Positions 1 to 11,371 are shown, counted from the first letter of the stretch. The stretch: 64,000 nucleotides of DNA from Balanoglossus misakiensis (GCA_040954595.2 CM082585.2:5667808-5731807); one strand, 5' to 3'. Numbers and translations are program-made. The notes: generated from the letters alone by a model not told the origin.

Positions 1-1057
1 GGCGTAACAACGGCTGCAGACAAAGAGAACTCAGCCCGTCGTCTGCGGGCCAATTCTCTTGCCAGCGACTGGTCTAATATTTATGCGAAACGGCACAGAA
101 CCAGATCTGTGTTTTTAATATTTTTAACTTAACGTGGATTTACTTTTCGCCTCAAACTTAAATCGTATCATCACGGTCCCTCCACGCAACATGGTGCATC
201 TGCGCAGCCGCATTCGAATCCAAAAGCTAAAGTTACATGGTAGATTTGCCGACACTTTAGTGTTTTGAACGCTGGGTTGAAACAAAAGCATTTTATTTCA
301 ATACGGGGGGGGGGGGGGGGGGGCTTGATTATAGCGGGGTGAAGGATTTGGGTATTTGGGTACGTATGGCATTGCAGAAGATGTTTTTCTCCTCTGCACC
401 ATCTGCCAACAATATTGTCTCTCCAAACATCTTCCATACGCCCCTATATATTAAATGGTTCTCCCCTAATTGTAAATTGTTCATGGTGTTAAAAAAAAAA
501 AACCGAATTGTGCTTTCAGATTATTGATTGACAACTTTATAACATGTTTGGCAACTTTAACTTTGACTACAAATACAAGGCCCCCGATGACGCACCAATA
601 CAGTTTGAAAGAATTCAGCGGCTCTGAAAAGTGATGTGTGAAAGTCGTGCATGTCCATGAATGTGCCGTGATTTGCATTGTTCGATGTTTTTTGGCGGTC
701 AGAGCGTTATCGCCAGGACGAGATCATGTCGTCGAGCAAACACTAAGTATTCGAAAAATGACCCACAAAAAACACAGGAGAGCCCATCTCGCGTGATCTC
801 TTTTCCCGCGGATGCAAAGAAAAGGACGAATCGAAATGTTATCTCACGTGAGAACAGGCCAGGCAAATTGACGCCTCCTGAGCGACCGCGACACATTCAC
901 CGCACACGTGACGTAGGGCCGTTCACACTTCCAGTCTGCACTGTCGTCTGCGCACCAACATTCGCTGTTCGGACACTCCCCAGTAACAAGCTCCGCGTCG
1001 ACTTGACCAGTCTCCGATCCAAGACAAGCCGTCGAATTCCGTTTAGAATCTAACAAT

Positions 1058-4000
1058 ATGGCAGACACCGACAGAAAGTTTCCTCTCGTCGAGCCGTACC
1101 GGGTGAAGGTGGTGGAACGGACGAAGATCACCACTCGCGAGCAGAGGATGAAAATTCTGCAAGATGTGGACTTCAACGTTTTCGCCATCAAGGGCGAGGA
1201 CATTCTCATCGATCTGCTCACCGATTCTGGAACTGGCGCCATGAGCGCTGAACAGTGGGGCATGCTGATGAGAGGTAGGAATGAAACTCTAATTTCTCTT
1301 CCATTTGATTGAAATTTTTGTTGAAAATTTGAATCAGCATTTAGGCCTAGTCATTTTGTTTGACGCCCCGATCTGTTATTAACTGCAAGTATTGTCCGAG
1401 ATCCACCGTTTCTGGTGACGCGCTTACGCGTTGCGCAACGGTCGCCCTTGGGTAGAATTATATTTATCACGCAGACCTTCTTTCCAAATGAATATTTTGT
1501 TCAAAATTGATTTATTCAGATTCACTAAGGCCAGCGACTTTATTGTAGTGAAGTTATGACGTATTCTTGAAACACTGCCAAATTGGGCCCCTATAGTCGC
1601 AGAGAGTCATTGTTGGTACGTCCAGTTATGGTTAAAAAAGTGACAGCAAAGAAAATTCCCGGTAGAGCAAGATAGAAACGATAACATTGTGCGTGAGGTA
1701 AACTGTTTTAAACTGGCGATGCTATGGAAACCAATTCTTAGAGTGCTGGAAATCGTCATTCTGCCAGTGATTGTTATGGCAACTCTGTTAGACATTGGCG
1801 AAGAGATAAAACCCCTCTCCCGATTCATGTGCAAATTGTCGTGTAGAAGAACAGAGGCCGCTGCATTGTCTGTACAGAAGGCTTTGAATCATAGATAGTG
1901 TACTGTCTAAAAATACTAGTAGATATGTTTGAACGAACGAACGAACGAACGACCAAACGAAGGTCGTTCTGGCGTCACATTGAATGATATAACGAAACAC
2001 GTGCAAAGGTGTCGGATTATACGGGTTTCTCCATGCACGTCCATGGTTTTGATGATGAAATGTGCATATATGTAAAACACGACTTACAATTCACAGTCTA
2101 ATAATAACTCTGCAAAGCGTCGTTTAGTGACAACTCCCATCTATAAAAGTACAATGTATTGTGATATGCCCCACGGGTTAGCTATTAGTAGTCTGTGGCA
2201 TGAATTTGCTGTATGGAGTGTGGTACCTGTACAATGAAATTTGGTCAATCATCACCATGACTGTTTCCCGTTTTATCCGAAAAGCAGTCATCAATTTTTT
2301 TCAAATTTTGCATCCTGTATGTATATATACAATTCACAGTTTAATGAGAACTCTACAAAGCGTCGTTTAGTGACAACTCCCATCTATAAAAGTACAATGT
2401 ATTGTGATATGCCCCACGGGTTAGCTATTAATAGTCTGTGGCATGAATTTGCTGTATGGAGTGTGGTACCTGTACAATGAAATTTGGTCAATCACCACTA
2501 TGACTGTTTCCCGTTTTATCCGAAAAGCAGTCATCAATTTTTTTTCAAATTTTGCATCCTGTATGTAATTTCTGGACGATAAAACGTTGTGGAATAGTAT
2601 GACGTCATATTTGTTTTCTGTAAAACGGGTTATTTTCGCGAGCAATAATTTTTCAAGTTCGCGAAATACGCGAGAGCCAAATAAACGTGAAAATAAAAAG
2701 TCGCGTAAAATGTTTTTCGGAGATGCAGTTAGTGAAATAAGAGAATCCTCGCGTAACAGTTGCCGCTTTTGGTGATATCGCGAAAATTTCCTGTCGCGAA
2801 AATAACCCGTTTTACAGTAGTAGATAAATTGATTTATTAGAAATATTTTAAAGCATTTTATTTTTAACCTTCAAAATTTTGTTTTGTCACCAGGCGATGA
2901 GACATATGCCGGTTCACCCAGCTATTATCGCATGGAGAACGCCGTGAAAGACATCATGGGGTTTCCCGAAGTGATCCCAGCCCATCAGGGCCGAGGAGCC
3001 GAAGACGTGCTCTTCAGCTGTATCATGAAGGCGGGGGACGTGGCGATCAGCAACGGGTTTTTCGACACCACGGCCGCCCACGTGGCCAATAACCGCGGAT
3101 CGGGGATCAACATCCCGGCGCTGACCAAGGAGATCTACTTCAAGGACGCCAAGTTCAAGGGCAACATCGACACCAAGAAACTGGTGCAGCACCTGGAGGA
3201 CAAGAATAAGACCGTCCGCTTCGTGCTCATCACGGTCACGAACAACATCGGCGGCGGGCAGCCGGTCAGCATGGAGAACATCAAGGCGACGTCGGCTATA
3301 TGCAAGCGGTACAACACCCCGCTTTACATCGATGCCTGTCGCTACGCCGAAAACTCATATTTCATCAAGAAGTACGAACCGGGGTACGGCGACAAAACCG
3401 TCAAAGAGATCGCCAGAGAGATGTTCGACCTGGCCGATGGCTGCACCATGTCCGCCAAGAAAGACGGATTGGCCAACATCGGCGGGTTCATCTGCCTCCG
3501 CGATCCCGATCTCGCGCTGCTGTGTCGCCAGGACCTCATCTTGAAAGAGGGGTTCCACACGTACGGCGGCATGTCCGGGCGCGAGATGGAGACCATCGGC
3601 GTCGGTCTGTACGAGGCCCTGGAGGAGGAGTACCTGGAGTCGCGCATCGGGCAGGTCGCCTACCTGGGCAGACTTCTGGACGAAGCCGGCATCCGCATCA
3701 TCAAGCCCACGGGCGGGCACGCCGTCTACTTCGAGTCCAGCTCCATCGTGCCGCACATCCCCCCGCTGCAGTACCCCGGCGTGGCCATCACCATCGCCAT
3801 GTACCTGGAGGGCGGCATCCGCGGCCTGGAGCTGGGCTCCATCTTTCTCGCCAAGCAGGCGGACGGCACCGAGGTGCCGCCCGAGCACGAACTCATCCGC
3901 TTGGCCATACCGCGCAGGCTCTACACCAAGTCGCACATCGAATACATCGCCGCGGTCATCAAGTACGTGAAGGAGAACGCCGCCACTCTGCCCGGGTATA

Positions 4001-4146
4001 AAATCATCTGGGAGGGCAACAACCCGAATCTTCGCCACTTCACCGTCAAACTGAAGCCGCTGGCCCCGTTCGATAATGCTAACACGGTAGACGACAAGAA
4101 ATCAAAACGAGATAAGGACAAGAAAATAGTGATCAACTCGGCATAA
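1058..4146 (+). CDS. tnaA: Tryptophanase (tryptophan indole-lyase)-like PLP beta-eliminating lyase, 2 exons, ~489 aa
   Basis: Exons 1058-1274 and 2894-4146, joined by a phase-1 GT..AG intron (gtagga at 1275, cag ending 2893) that restores MRG-DETYAGS. Motifs: EPYRVKVVE, IDLLTDSGT, HQGRGAE, FDTT, GGQPVSM, DACR, MSAKKD (PLP Lys codon 3460-3462), YGGMSGR, GGHAVY, RLAIPRR, LRHFT. FDTT, LRHFT and ELGS (no ERG Arg) favour tryptophanase over tyrosine phenol-lyase (FTTT, LRFFT, MERG). Confidence 0.93.
2085..2567. repeat. Tandem duplication, 2 x ~243 bp, inside the tryptophanase intron
   Basis: Near-identical copies start at 2085 and 2328 (tacaattcacagt...catcctgtatgta) with a constant 243-nt offset. 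Confidence 0.92.
2618..2817. mobile_element. MITE with perfect 24-bp terminal inverted repeats
   Basis: ctgtaaaacgggttattttcgcga (2618-2641) and its exact reverse complement (2794-2817), followed by TA; CTGTA..TACAG ends are typical of TA-targeting MITEs. Confidence 0.85.
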
Positions 4147-5024
4147 ATATATCGGATATAGTACAATCACTTGTGACTGGACGATTTGAACATTTTTTTT
4201 GTGATGAGACGTTTTAAATATTCAATAATATCGATTTCATTCGAACCGGACCACCCGTGCGGGTTGAGTTGTCTCAGCACGGTGAGACCACGTGGCCACC
4301 ACATACTCACCGATAAATTGTGCAAGTGGTATAAACAAAATAAGCAGAAACATCGAGGCACTTGGCAAATCTGTTCCGGGAACCGAGACATTAAAATAGT
4401 AATTTCAGACACAGTGATTCTCGTCACTGACGTCATTCTGTAGTTTTGCTGGTTTTCTTCGTCTTTGAAGAAACGACACAACGAACGAACAAACGATTGA
4501 ACAAATGAAATATATAGGATAATTTTGTTATATATGTAATAAATATGATAAGTTATACAACAGTCGTATGATACAAGGAAAACGTAAATAATTTCTGGGT
4601 ATTAAACTATTTTGTGTATAGTTAGTGATTTATGAAACGGCCGGTATATCTGAAAATTAAACTCGGTAGCTGACGTATTGTTCAAATTTAATTTGTTTTT
4701 CATTTTGTGGAGGGGTGTGTAAATAATCAAGAAACTGACAAAAAGCAGGGTAAATCCTATTTTCTTTTCTTTGAACAAATGTTTTTTTTTTTCTCAGTGC
4801 AACAAAATTACTATGAAATGTGAGTCCAACGGCGCATGCGTGTTTGCGACCGTTTGTGTAATTTACAGGTAGTCATAGTTACTGTTAGTCAGTGCAATTA
4901 AGTTTCTAACGGGAAACTTTATTTTCAACACATTCCGCAATAGCAAGTCGAAACTCTTTTTCAATTATTTTTTTTGTTTTTGGTCAAGAGCCTTCACTGT
5001 CAGCTTTTGTTTTAAAATATACAC

Positions 5025-5141
5025 CACGTGATCACGATGCAAGGACACTCAATAAAATACCATTCTGTTTAGAATCTTTTTCATATCTTCCGTTCCAGAG
5101 CAAGAGTAAAATTTTGAGTGTTCTCGCATCGCGATCACGTG
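5025..5141. mobile_element. Degenerate small inverted-repeat element (MITE-like)
   Basis: cacgtgatcacgatgcaaggacactcaa versus ttgagtgttctcgcatcgcgatcacgtg: ~28-bp inverted repeat with a few mismatches. Confidence 0.55.
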
Positions 5142-5259
5142 ACCACTAGTTTGAAGTACATGTATTGTTTTGTTCAACTGCTTTGAGTCGCGTGGTTTGC
5201 GGGAACCGAACACGGTTTTTGACTGTTACGTGTATTTCCGAGACTGTGAGTTTGAGCCA

Positions 5260-5428
5260 CATTCATTCATTCATTCATTCATTCATTCATTCATTCATTC
5301 ATTCATTCATTCATTCATTCATTCATTCATTCATTCATTCATTCATTCATTCATTCATTCATTCATTCATTCATTCATTCATTCATTCATTCATTCATTC
5401 ATTCATTCATTCATTCATTCATTCATTC
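5260..5428. repeat. (CATT)n microsatellite
   Basis: Perfect tetranucleotide run; it produces the spurious FIHS-repeat ORFs. Confidence 0.98.
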
Positions 5429-7309
5429 GTGCAATCATCTCCAAATACATATATATACCCATTTGGTATAAGGACGTGTCTAACTTTTCTAGTAACGTTT
5501 TTTTCCTGATGGCTACCCGAAGGAAAACGTGAATGCCGGCTAGACCTGCACTTTCCATGGTAACTGTGGCTAAATTTGTGTAGGTGACGCACTATGCCTT
5601 CAATTTGATGGTGACGCTGCATTATGTGAATTTGTAATGTAAAATATAGTGGCATTCTTCACCCAGTGCACCATAAATACGCGTCACCTTTTCTGTGACG
5701 AGAAGTATTTTTACGCGAATTATAGGAAAATGACGATTTTTATAGACTTGCTGTACTTTTCGTTTTTTTTCTTAAAGAAATAAAAGCAAATCATTGTTGA
5801 CAAGTTCTGGAGTTTTTTATGTGGTCATTGAAACCGGTGGAGTGATACGGCGGTGTTATTGTAAAATTTTGTCAAATCATGATCAAATACTGACGATATG
5901 GTACCTATAAAGATAGTTAACAGTAAATAGTTCAGTCCCTGGGAAAATGAACAAGAACAATACGAACCTTCCACGAAGGTCGGTTGATTGTTACGTAAGA
6001 TCAAAATCGCTAAGCTCACCTCGAGGGTTGAGAACTGTCTACTGATTGACGATTACTATACAATGTTATTGGACATGTAGATCACGCTATGTCAGATCAT
6101 ACCTCCATGGTCAGATGTAGACTTTGAACGCTGACTCACCAGGATAGCCTTTATAAATTCTACATTTTGGTCAGTTTGCTTGAAGCCAAAAATTGGATAC
6201 GTGAGAAGCCACGCACTCTTGGCAGTGAATTTCATTTGGTCATGGTAAATGGTCAAAGTTAACAGTTTAGTCGAAACTAAAGGTCATGTGGGGAGAAAAA
6301 AAAATACATGTATAGTGTTTTCGGTACCTGGTCATCCTCCGTTCAAGTGACTGGGAGAGATATTCGCTGAAAGTCGATTAGCTAGGTCTTTTTATGGTGT
6401 ATGAAGTGGTGTTGTGTTTAAATATGACACGTAGTATTATTCAAGTTTAGAGTGAAAACATTTGACTTTGTCACTTCGGGTCAATGTGAACAGGTGTAGC
6501 TTGCTGCATGGCGGGGCATACGCTTAGCAATAGTGGACACCTGGTACCTGTACCTAAAAGTGCTTCAAGATGGCCACATATAGTATGAGTCGTTCTTTCC
6601 TGCTTGTTTCTTGGACGTGGTAAATTGATTGCCTTGAATGTTGGGTCGGTCTCATTTTAATCGACGTCGTGTATTCCAGCCGCGAGAAGTTTATCCGACA
6701 CCCCATGGAGGTATAGGGACAGTTCACTTTTTTACGGCGTGGGGGAGGGGTCTCTCTGATTTTGAAAACCGATGACACATACTTGCCGACCCCCAGGCCG
6801 TAAAAACTGAACGGTCCCTTAGGTAGACGCAAAGCATCGTTGATGGTAGATGGAAACCCGTTGAACACCGTGTAAACACGGCGCAACGCCGCAACAGGGC
6901 GATCCTTATGAAACGCACACATGTATCAGGATCGACAAGGGCCTCTTGACAACTAAGCTCCGACACAGATAACCTTTTGACGGCTCAGAGAGAGAACGCC
7001 AAGTGGACTCGTGTGACACGACCGCCCTGTTTGTTTTAAAAACATAACTTTAACGCTCCAAGAGTCAAAAGATCAACATTGACAATATCTATTTATTTTT
7101 CATATCTATAGCACACACATAAACCCCGGCAGGTAAAAAAAACACACACACACTGCATAGCCGTGTCGCTGTGTGAACAGCGGTCAAAACCGCCGCAAGG
7201 ATATGGACTAGAACCCCGAGGCTGGGGAAATCTTGTGACATTAATATCGCGAGTGAAATTATTTTCATGTGACCGGCTTTCATGTTTTTTTGTGTGTGGA
7301 TGAATGTGG

Positions 7310-7690
7310 ACTTGTTCACATTCAACCAAAAAGCATGAAAACAGCACTGAACTCTCTAAATACATTCTGGAAACCGAAATAAAAAAGGGACAGTCATTCA
7401 ACGTGACAGTCTCTCGCCAGCAAAGTCTCTCGACGCCAGCAAAGCAACGCCGTACACAGAACGCTGCAACCTCTGCCTCACTGAAAAAAACTATGCATAA
7501 TCAACGCGCGACATGAGTACATAACTTAACACACTTGTCTCAAAATGTCTCCGCGAGAACAAACATTACCGCACCAACCACACCTGCCAGCCCAACAAGG
7601 AAATCACCACCGCAGGCCGCACCTGTACCACCGAACTACATGTGTGCCCAAGGAGAAAAAGAACTGCCAGTTTTCTGATGATCGCCACAT
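7310..7690 (+). mobile_element. Decayed Penelope-like retroelement 3' fragment (C-terminal part of the GIY-YIG endonuclease region)
   Basis: Frameshifted peptides KHENSTELSKYI, TERCNLCLTEK and LVSKCLRENKHY match the remembered Penelope-like C-terminal consensus (STELSKYIW..RCNLCLxEK..SKCRH). CTGATGA follows at 7675-7681. Confidence 0.7.
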
Positions 7691-8113
7691 ATGTATCTTA
7701 CTTTCCAGTCGTTATGACGTCATCATTAGCTGAAACCAGCAATTCGGTTGACGACATACTGATATAGAACGCCTCTTTTTAGAATAGCAAAAATAAGACC
7801 CTATCTTATCACGCATCCTGAAGGTCTTTCGCCCCGCCTCAATTTTTTGGAGCGAGATGCCGATAAAAATGTGTCTAATGATAATACAAAGATTTTAACA
7901 GTAAATATGCGTAGTTCCTGTCACACGAGTCTATTTCCATCTGCCATTTTATGGGTCGCAGGGTTATCATTGAAACTCATATGGCTGCCAAGGGACCAGT
8001 GCTCTAAGCCGGCACGCTGGCATCTCGAACTAACGCTTGTCGGCTCTGGTTTGAGCTGTATTTTAGAACCAGTCTCTCAACACTGTATGGAGGGACTGCG
8101 ATAGAACGTTTTG

Positions 8114-8144
<31 letters not shown>

Positions 8145-8261
8145 ATGTATGTATGTACATGTATGTATGTATGTATGTATGTATGTATGTATGTATGTAT
8201 GTATGTATGTATGTATGTATGTATGTATGTATGTATGTATGTATGTATGTATGTATGTATG
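8114..8261. repeat. (TGTC)n/(TGTA)n microsatellite
   Basis: Compound tetranucleotide run. Confidence 0.97.
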
Positions 8262-9024
8262 TCTGTCTTCTCAAATATGGTACAGGCTCTAGTCAACTCC
8301 CCCAATTTTAATATTGATTACATTCTTTAGGGTCCCTGGGTTTTAAAGAATAGAGGGTACCTTGGCTATACCATTTGGTACGTGTAAACACCGTGACGTC
8401 TTTTGTAACACGTCAAACAATGATCGTGAAATATATCCTCACGTGAACCACCCAGAGACCTACATCTGTGTTGACTGCAAGAGCACGTAAGTATTTTCTC
8501 TGCATTTTTCTCAGTTTTTGTGTCAATTTGAGATTCTTCCGTCTGTCGTTCTCAAACGAACGTGTGGAATGTGGGATATATTGCTTTAGTTCTTCTCCCT
8601 CCGCATCGTGACTCTCCCTATCATTTGTCATTGTGGTCTTGCTTGTGTATTTACAGACTGTTACTGTCTCCATTGCACGTCTGTCTGTCCCGGTTCCGTA
8701 TACAAAAAACAAGGCGAGTAGTTTCTTAAAAAGTCATTCATTAAAGTAAACACGGCATAGGACCTACATCACGTCCACTACAGGAATATTAGCTTTCCAA
8801 AACGCAGAGGATTTGTAACTCTGCCATAGATTCAACGTCACATGTCTATATGCTATACGTAAACTGTCATGGCGGACAATTTATAATAAGGTCACATCGA
8901 TTTGAAAAAGAACCACGGCTTTGTTCGACATCAGTTAGGCTGCGTGCAAAAATAATGGGAAGGGGGTCGAACCTGATGATGATGATGGTATTCCTTCATC
9001 AACTGTTACAGAAAACGCCCGACA

Positions 9025-10685
9025 ATGACGACACCAAGCTTTCTTGATGACCGTGACTTGGTTTTGAAGCTTTTGGCGCGCGCGCGCCAAGAAATGTCGT
9101 CCGAGAGGATGTACAAAAAGTACGCCGAGAGAATGGACCCAAGCAAGCCGGACGTTTTGGTCCAGATGATGAAAATATGGATAGAAAACAGCAAAGAGTT
9201 TGCAGCGGACTTTGGTATTGATCCAGACGAGGTGAACGTGCCGATTTTCGCGGCGGCGATTATGAAATACCCGGATGACCCCGAGGTCTGTATATTTGTG
9301 TCTGCCGAGAAATGCTATGAAACCTGTCCGCAATTGAAATATCAAGCAAATACATTCAATGGGGGACAACACTGTCCTGAAAATTATACGAATTATACAG
9401 CAAGCCAGAAAACTCCCAATTACTTTGTTGAATACATTATAAATTCTAGATGGGTGAGCACCATAATGGACTTTGAATATCCGTCGCTATATTTCAAGTC
9501 TCCCTCACCAATCTGTGAATGAGGCGAAAGATAAAAAGTGAAAGTGAACGACCAGAAATTATTACAACATGCCGTCACAATCTTACAACTCCTTTACGTT
9601 TGGCGCCAGATTCTCAAGGAGACAGAGTTCTGGAAGCAGTTTGGCGCCTTTCCTAAACCTGATGTGATTAAAGTGGGAGATACAAGACCGGATGTTGATC
9701 TCATAACCATTGAAGGCAACGAAACTGTTCGACTCAGCTCTCTTCATCGTCAACGACAGAAACCCTTGGTGTTGGTGGCATCGTCAATATCCTGACCTCC
9801 GTTGAGAGTAAGAGTTATTTTATTTTTGTTTAATGATCAAAGTCTTTTGATTTTTTTTCTTACTTCATGTTCGAGATGACGTGTCATTATATGTGTACTG
9901 CTGTGGTCGGTGTATCCAGAAGTTACGTCATCGACGTTCGCCACTTTGAATGATGGGAGTTTAGTTTCATCAACCGGCTAAAATCCCTAAACCTAAAGCA
10001 GAAACGTAGGTCCGATTATGTAGTCCACATGCCTTTGGAAAACCTTCACGTGACACAGAACATGAACAAATGAACTCAAGGTATTCCAAATTGTGACAAG
10101 AAAATTTTTTTGGAGTTGGTGCTCATAAATAATCTAACTTTTCGTTTCCATTTTTTCACATTTCCAAGGCTGTCCTAGATGGCGGCTCTCTGGGGGAAGT
10201 CTTTCAAGAATTCAAAAATAGGGCCGAGTTCCTGTTTATTTATCTGCAGGAGGCTCACCCAAAGAACGGCTGGAGTTTTGGAAATAAAATCAGTTTTATA
10301 GAAGATCCGACAACGCTTGAAGAGCGAACGGACGTAGCTAGGTATACATGCCACATGCATCGTGAGATTTTACGCCATTGATCATCGCAGAGTAGATATC
10401 TAAATTAATTAATGTGTTTTTTGAACTCGTTGCAGGAACATGATAGCGATGGACGAGGAGTTGTTCACCACAGACATTGATGACGTAAGCAAATTGCGTG
10501 TAGTCCTGGACGACATGGACAACACGTTCAATCTTGCCTACGGCGCCCAGCCAGATCGAGTGTACATCGTGGTCGGTGACAAAATCGAATTCATGGGAAT
10601 CAGAATAATGCAGCAGATCATGACGCCCGACCGTTTGTTTGTTGATTACATCAGGGACTGGTTTGAAGAACACCCTCAACAATAA
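9025..10685 (+). CDS. Iodothyronine deiodinase-like selenoprotein (thioredoxin/peroxiredoxin fold), 4 exons, ~293 aa, Sec at ~residue 149
   Basis: Exons 9025-9285, 9610-9807, 10169-10341 and 10436-10685 (GT-AG, phases 0, 0, 2; 882 nt). In-frame TGA at 9793-9795 lies in KPLVLVASSIS-U-PPLR (cf. DIO RPLVLNFGSCTUPPF). Other DIO-like motifs: AEFLFIYLQEAHPKNGW, TLEERTDVA, VVLDDMDN, AYGAQPDRVYIV, IRDWFE. The exon 1 donor (gtctgt) is the least certain junction. Confidence 0.88.
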
Positions 10686-10787
10686 ATTGTGACGTTTCCA
10701 CTGATCGTAGCAGGTGTGCGAAGCCAAGGATTAGCACTTCCTTGAGTGTCAGTTATTGCTGACAGTTTGTTGTGACGTGAACGTGGT

Positions 10788-10855
10788 GAAGAAATAATGA
10801 CAGATTTCAAGACACCGATTCGTTCGACTTGAAATCTCGATGATATATTTTCTTA
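10788..10855 (+). promoter_or_regulatory. SECIS element (selenocysteine insertion sequence) in the 3'UTR
   Basis: A-UGA-C at 10797-10801 faces C-GA-U at 10838-10841 (the non-Watson-Crick quartet). Helix II is a perfect 10 bp: AGATTTCAAG (10802-10811) with CTTGAAATCT (10828-10837). The lower helix is AU-rich (aagaaata/tattttctt). It lies ~110 nt after the stop and upstream of AATAAA. Confidence 0.85.
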
Positions 10856-10965
10856 TCGTTCTCATGACTTCTGTAGATGTATACCCCTCGCACGTCTTTG
10901 TTTAATGTCACGATTTGTCAATTCTATGCATATTAAACCTTATACACATTGTGAATGGCGTCTGA

Positions 10966-10971
10966 AATAAA
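10966..10971 (+). terminator. Putative polyadenylation signal of the selenoprotein gene
   Basis: AATAAA downstream of the SECIS. Confidence 0.5.
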
Positions 10972-10992
10972 TTCAGTCGGTTGAGGGGCATG

Positions 10993-11094
10993 TAGACTGA
11001 AAGATTCGGTCCTGTGCGGGCACTCCAGCTCGCCGCCTGAGACCATTTCTAGACTCACCCGGAGCACCCACAAACAACTGAATCTTTCAGTCTA
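10993..11094. mobile_element. Small MITE with TAG...CTA ends
   Basis: tagactgaaagattc / gaatctttcagtcta inverted repeats; the flanks aggggcatg and aggggccaa look like a decayed 9-bp target-site duplication. Confidence 0.7.
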
Positions 11095-11277
11095 AGGGGC
11101 CAATTGATTACATATCAAACTAAAATATGACGTTTAATTTGGAGCTTTTCGATTAGTTTTCTCCATGTAATTCCAATCATGTTTTGATTTCTCATGATAC
11201 TTAGTAAAATTACGCCCTCTGTGCTGAAAGTCTGTAATAATTAATATTCCGTCGATGCCTGAGGGCGCGGGAGTTCT

Positions 11278-11371
11278 TAGTCTGGTCCCCTGCCCCATTC
11301 CCACCGCTGGCTGCGCTATGCCACTTAAAGTAGCGCAGCCAGCGGCGGGAATGGGGCAGGGGACCAGACTG
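11278..11371. mobile_element. 94-bp hairpin MITE with 9-bp target-site duplication
   Basis: 40-bp arms at 11279-11318 and 11331-11370 (1 mismatch); TSD GGGAGTTCT at 11269-11277 and 11372-11380. Confidence 0.9.

Noticed and set aside
661-1053. 130-aa ORF upstream of tnaA as a possible TnaC-like leader peptide
   Set aside because: No TnaC W..D..P signature. The gene is eukaryotic and spliced, so this is probably promoter or 5'UTR.
3300-4038. Long alternative-frame and antisense ORFs (233 aa, 227 aa) over the tryptophanase exon
   Set aside because: Shadow ORFs caused by the GC3-rich codon usage of the real exon; no recognisable motifs.
1058-4146. Tyrosine phenol-lyase call, or bacterial contamination
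   Set aside because: Specificity residues are tryptophanase-type. The spliceosomal intron and metazoan neighbours argue against contamination.
9793-9795. TGA as a pseudogenising stop
   Set aside because: It sits at the deiodinase Sec position, the downstream exons are intact and in phase, and a SECIS is present.
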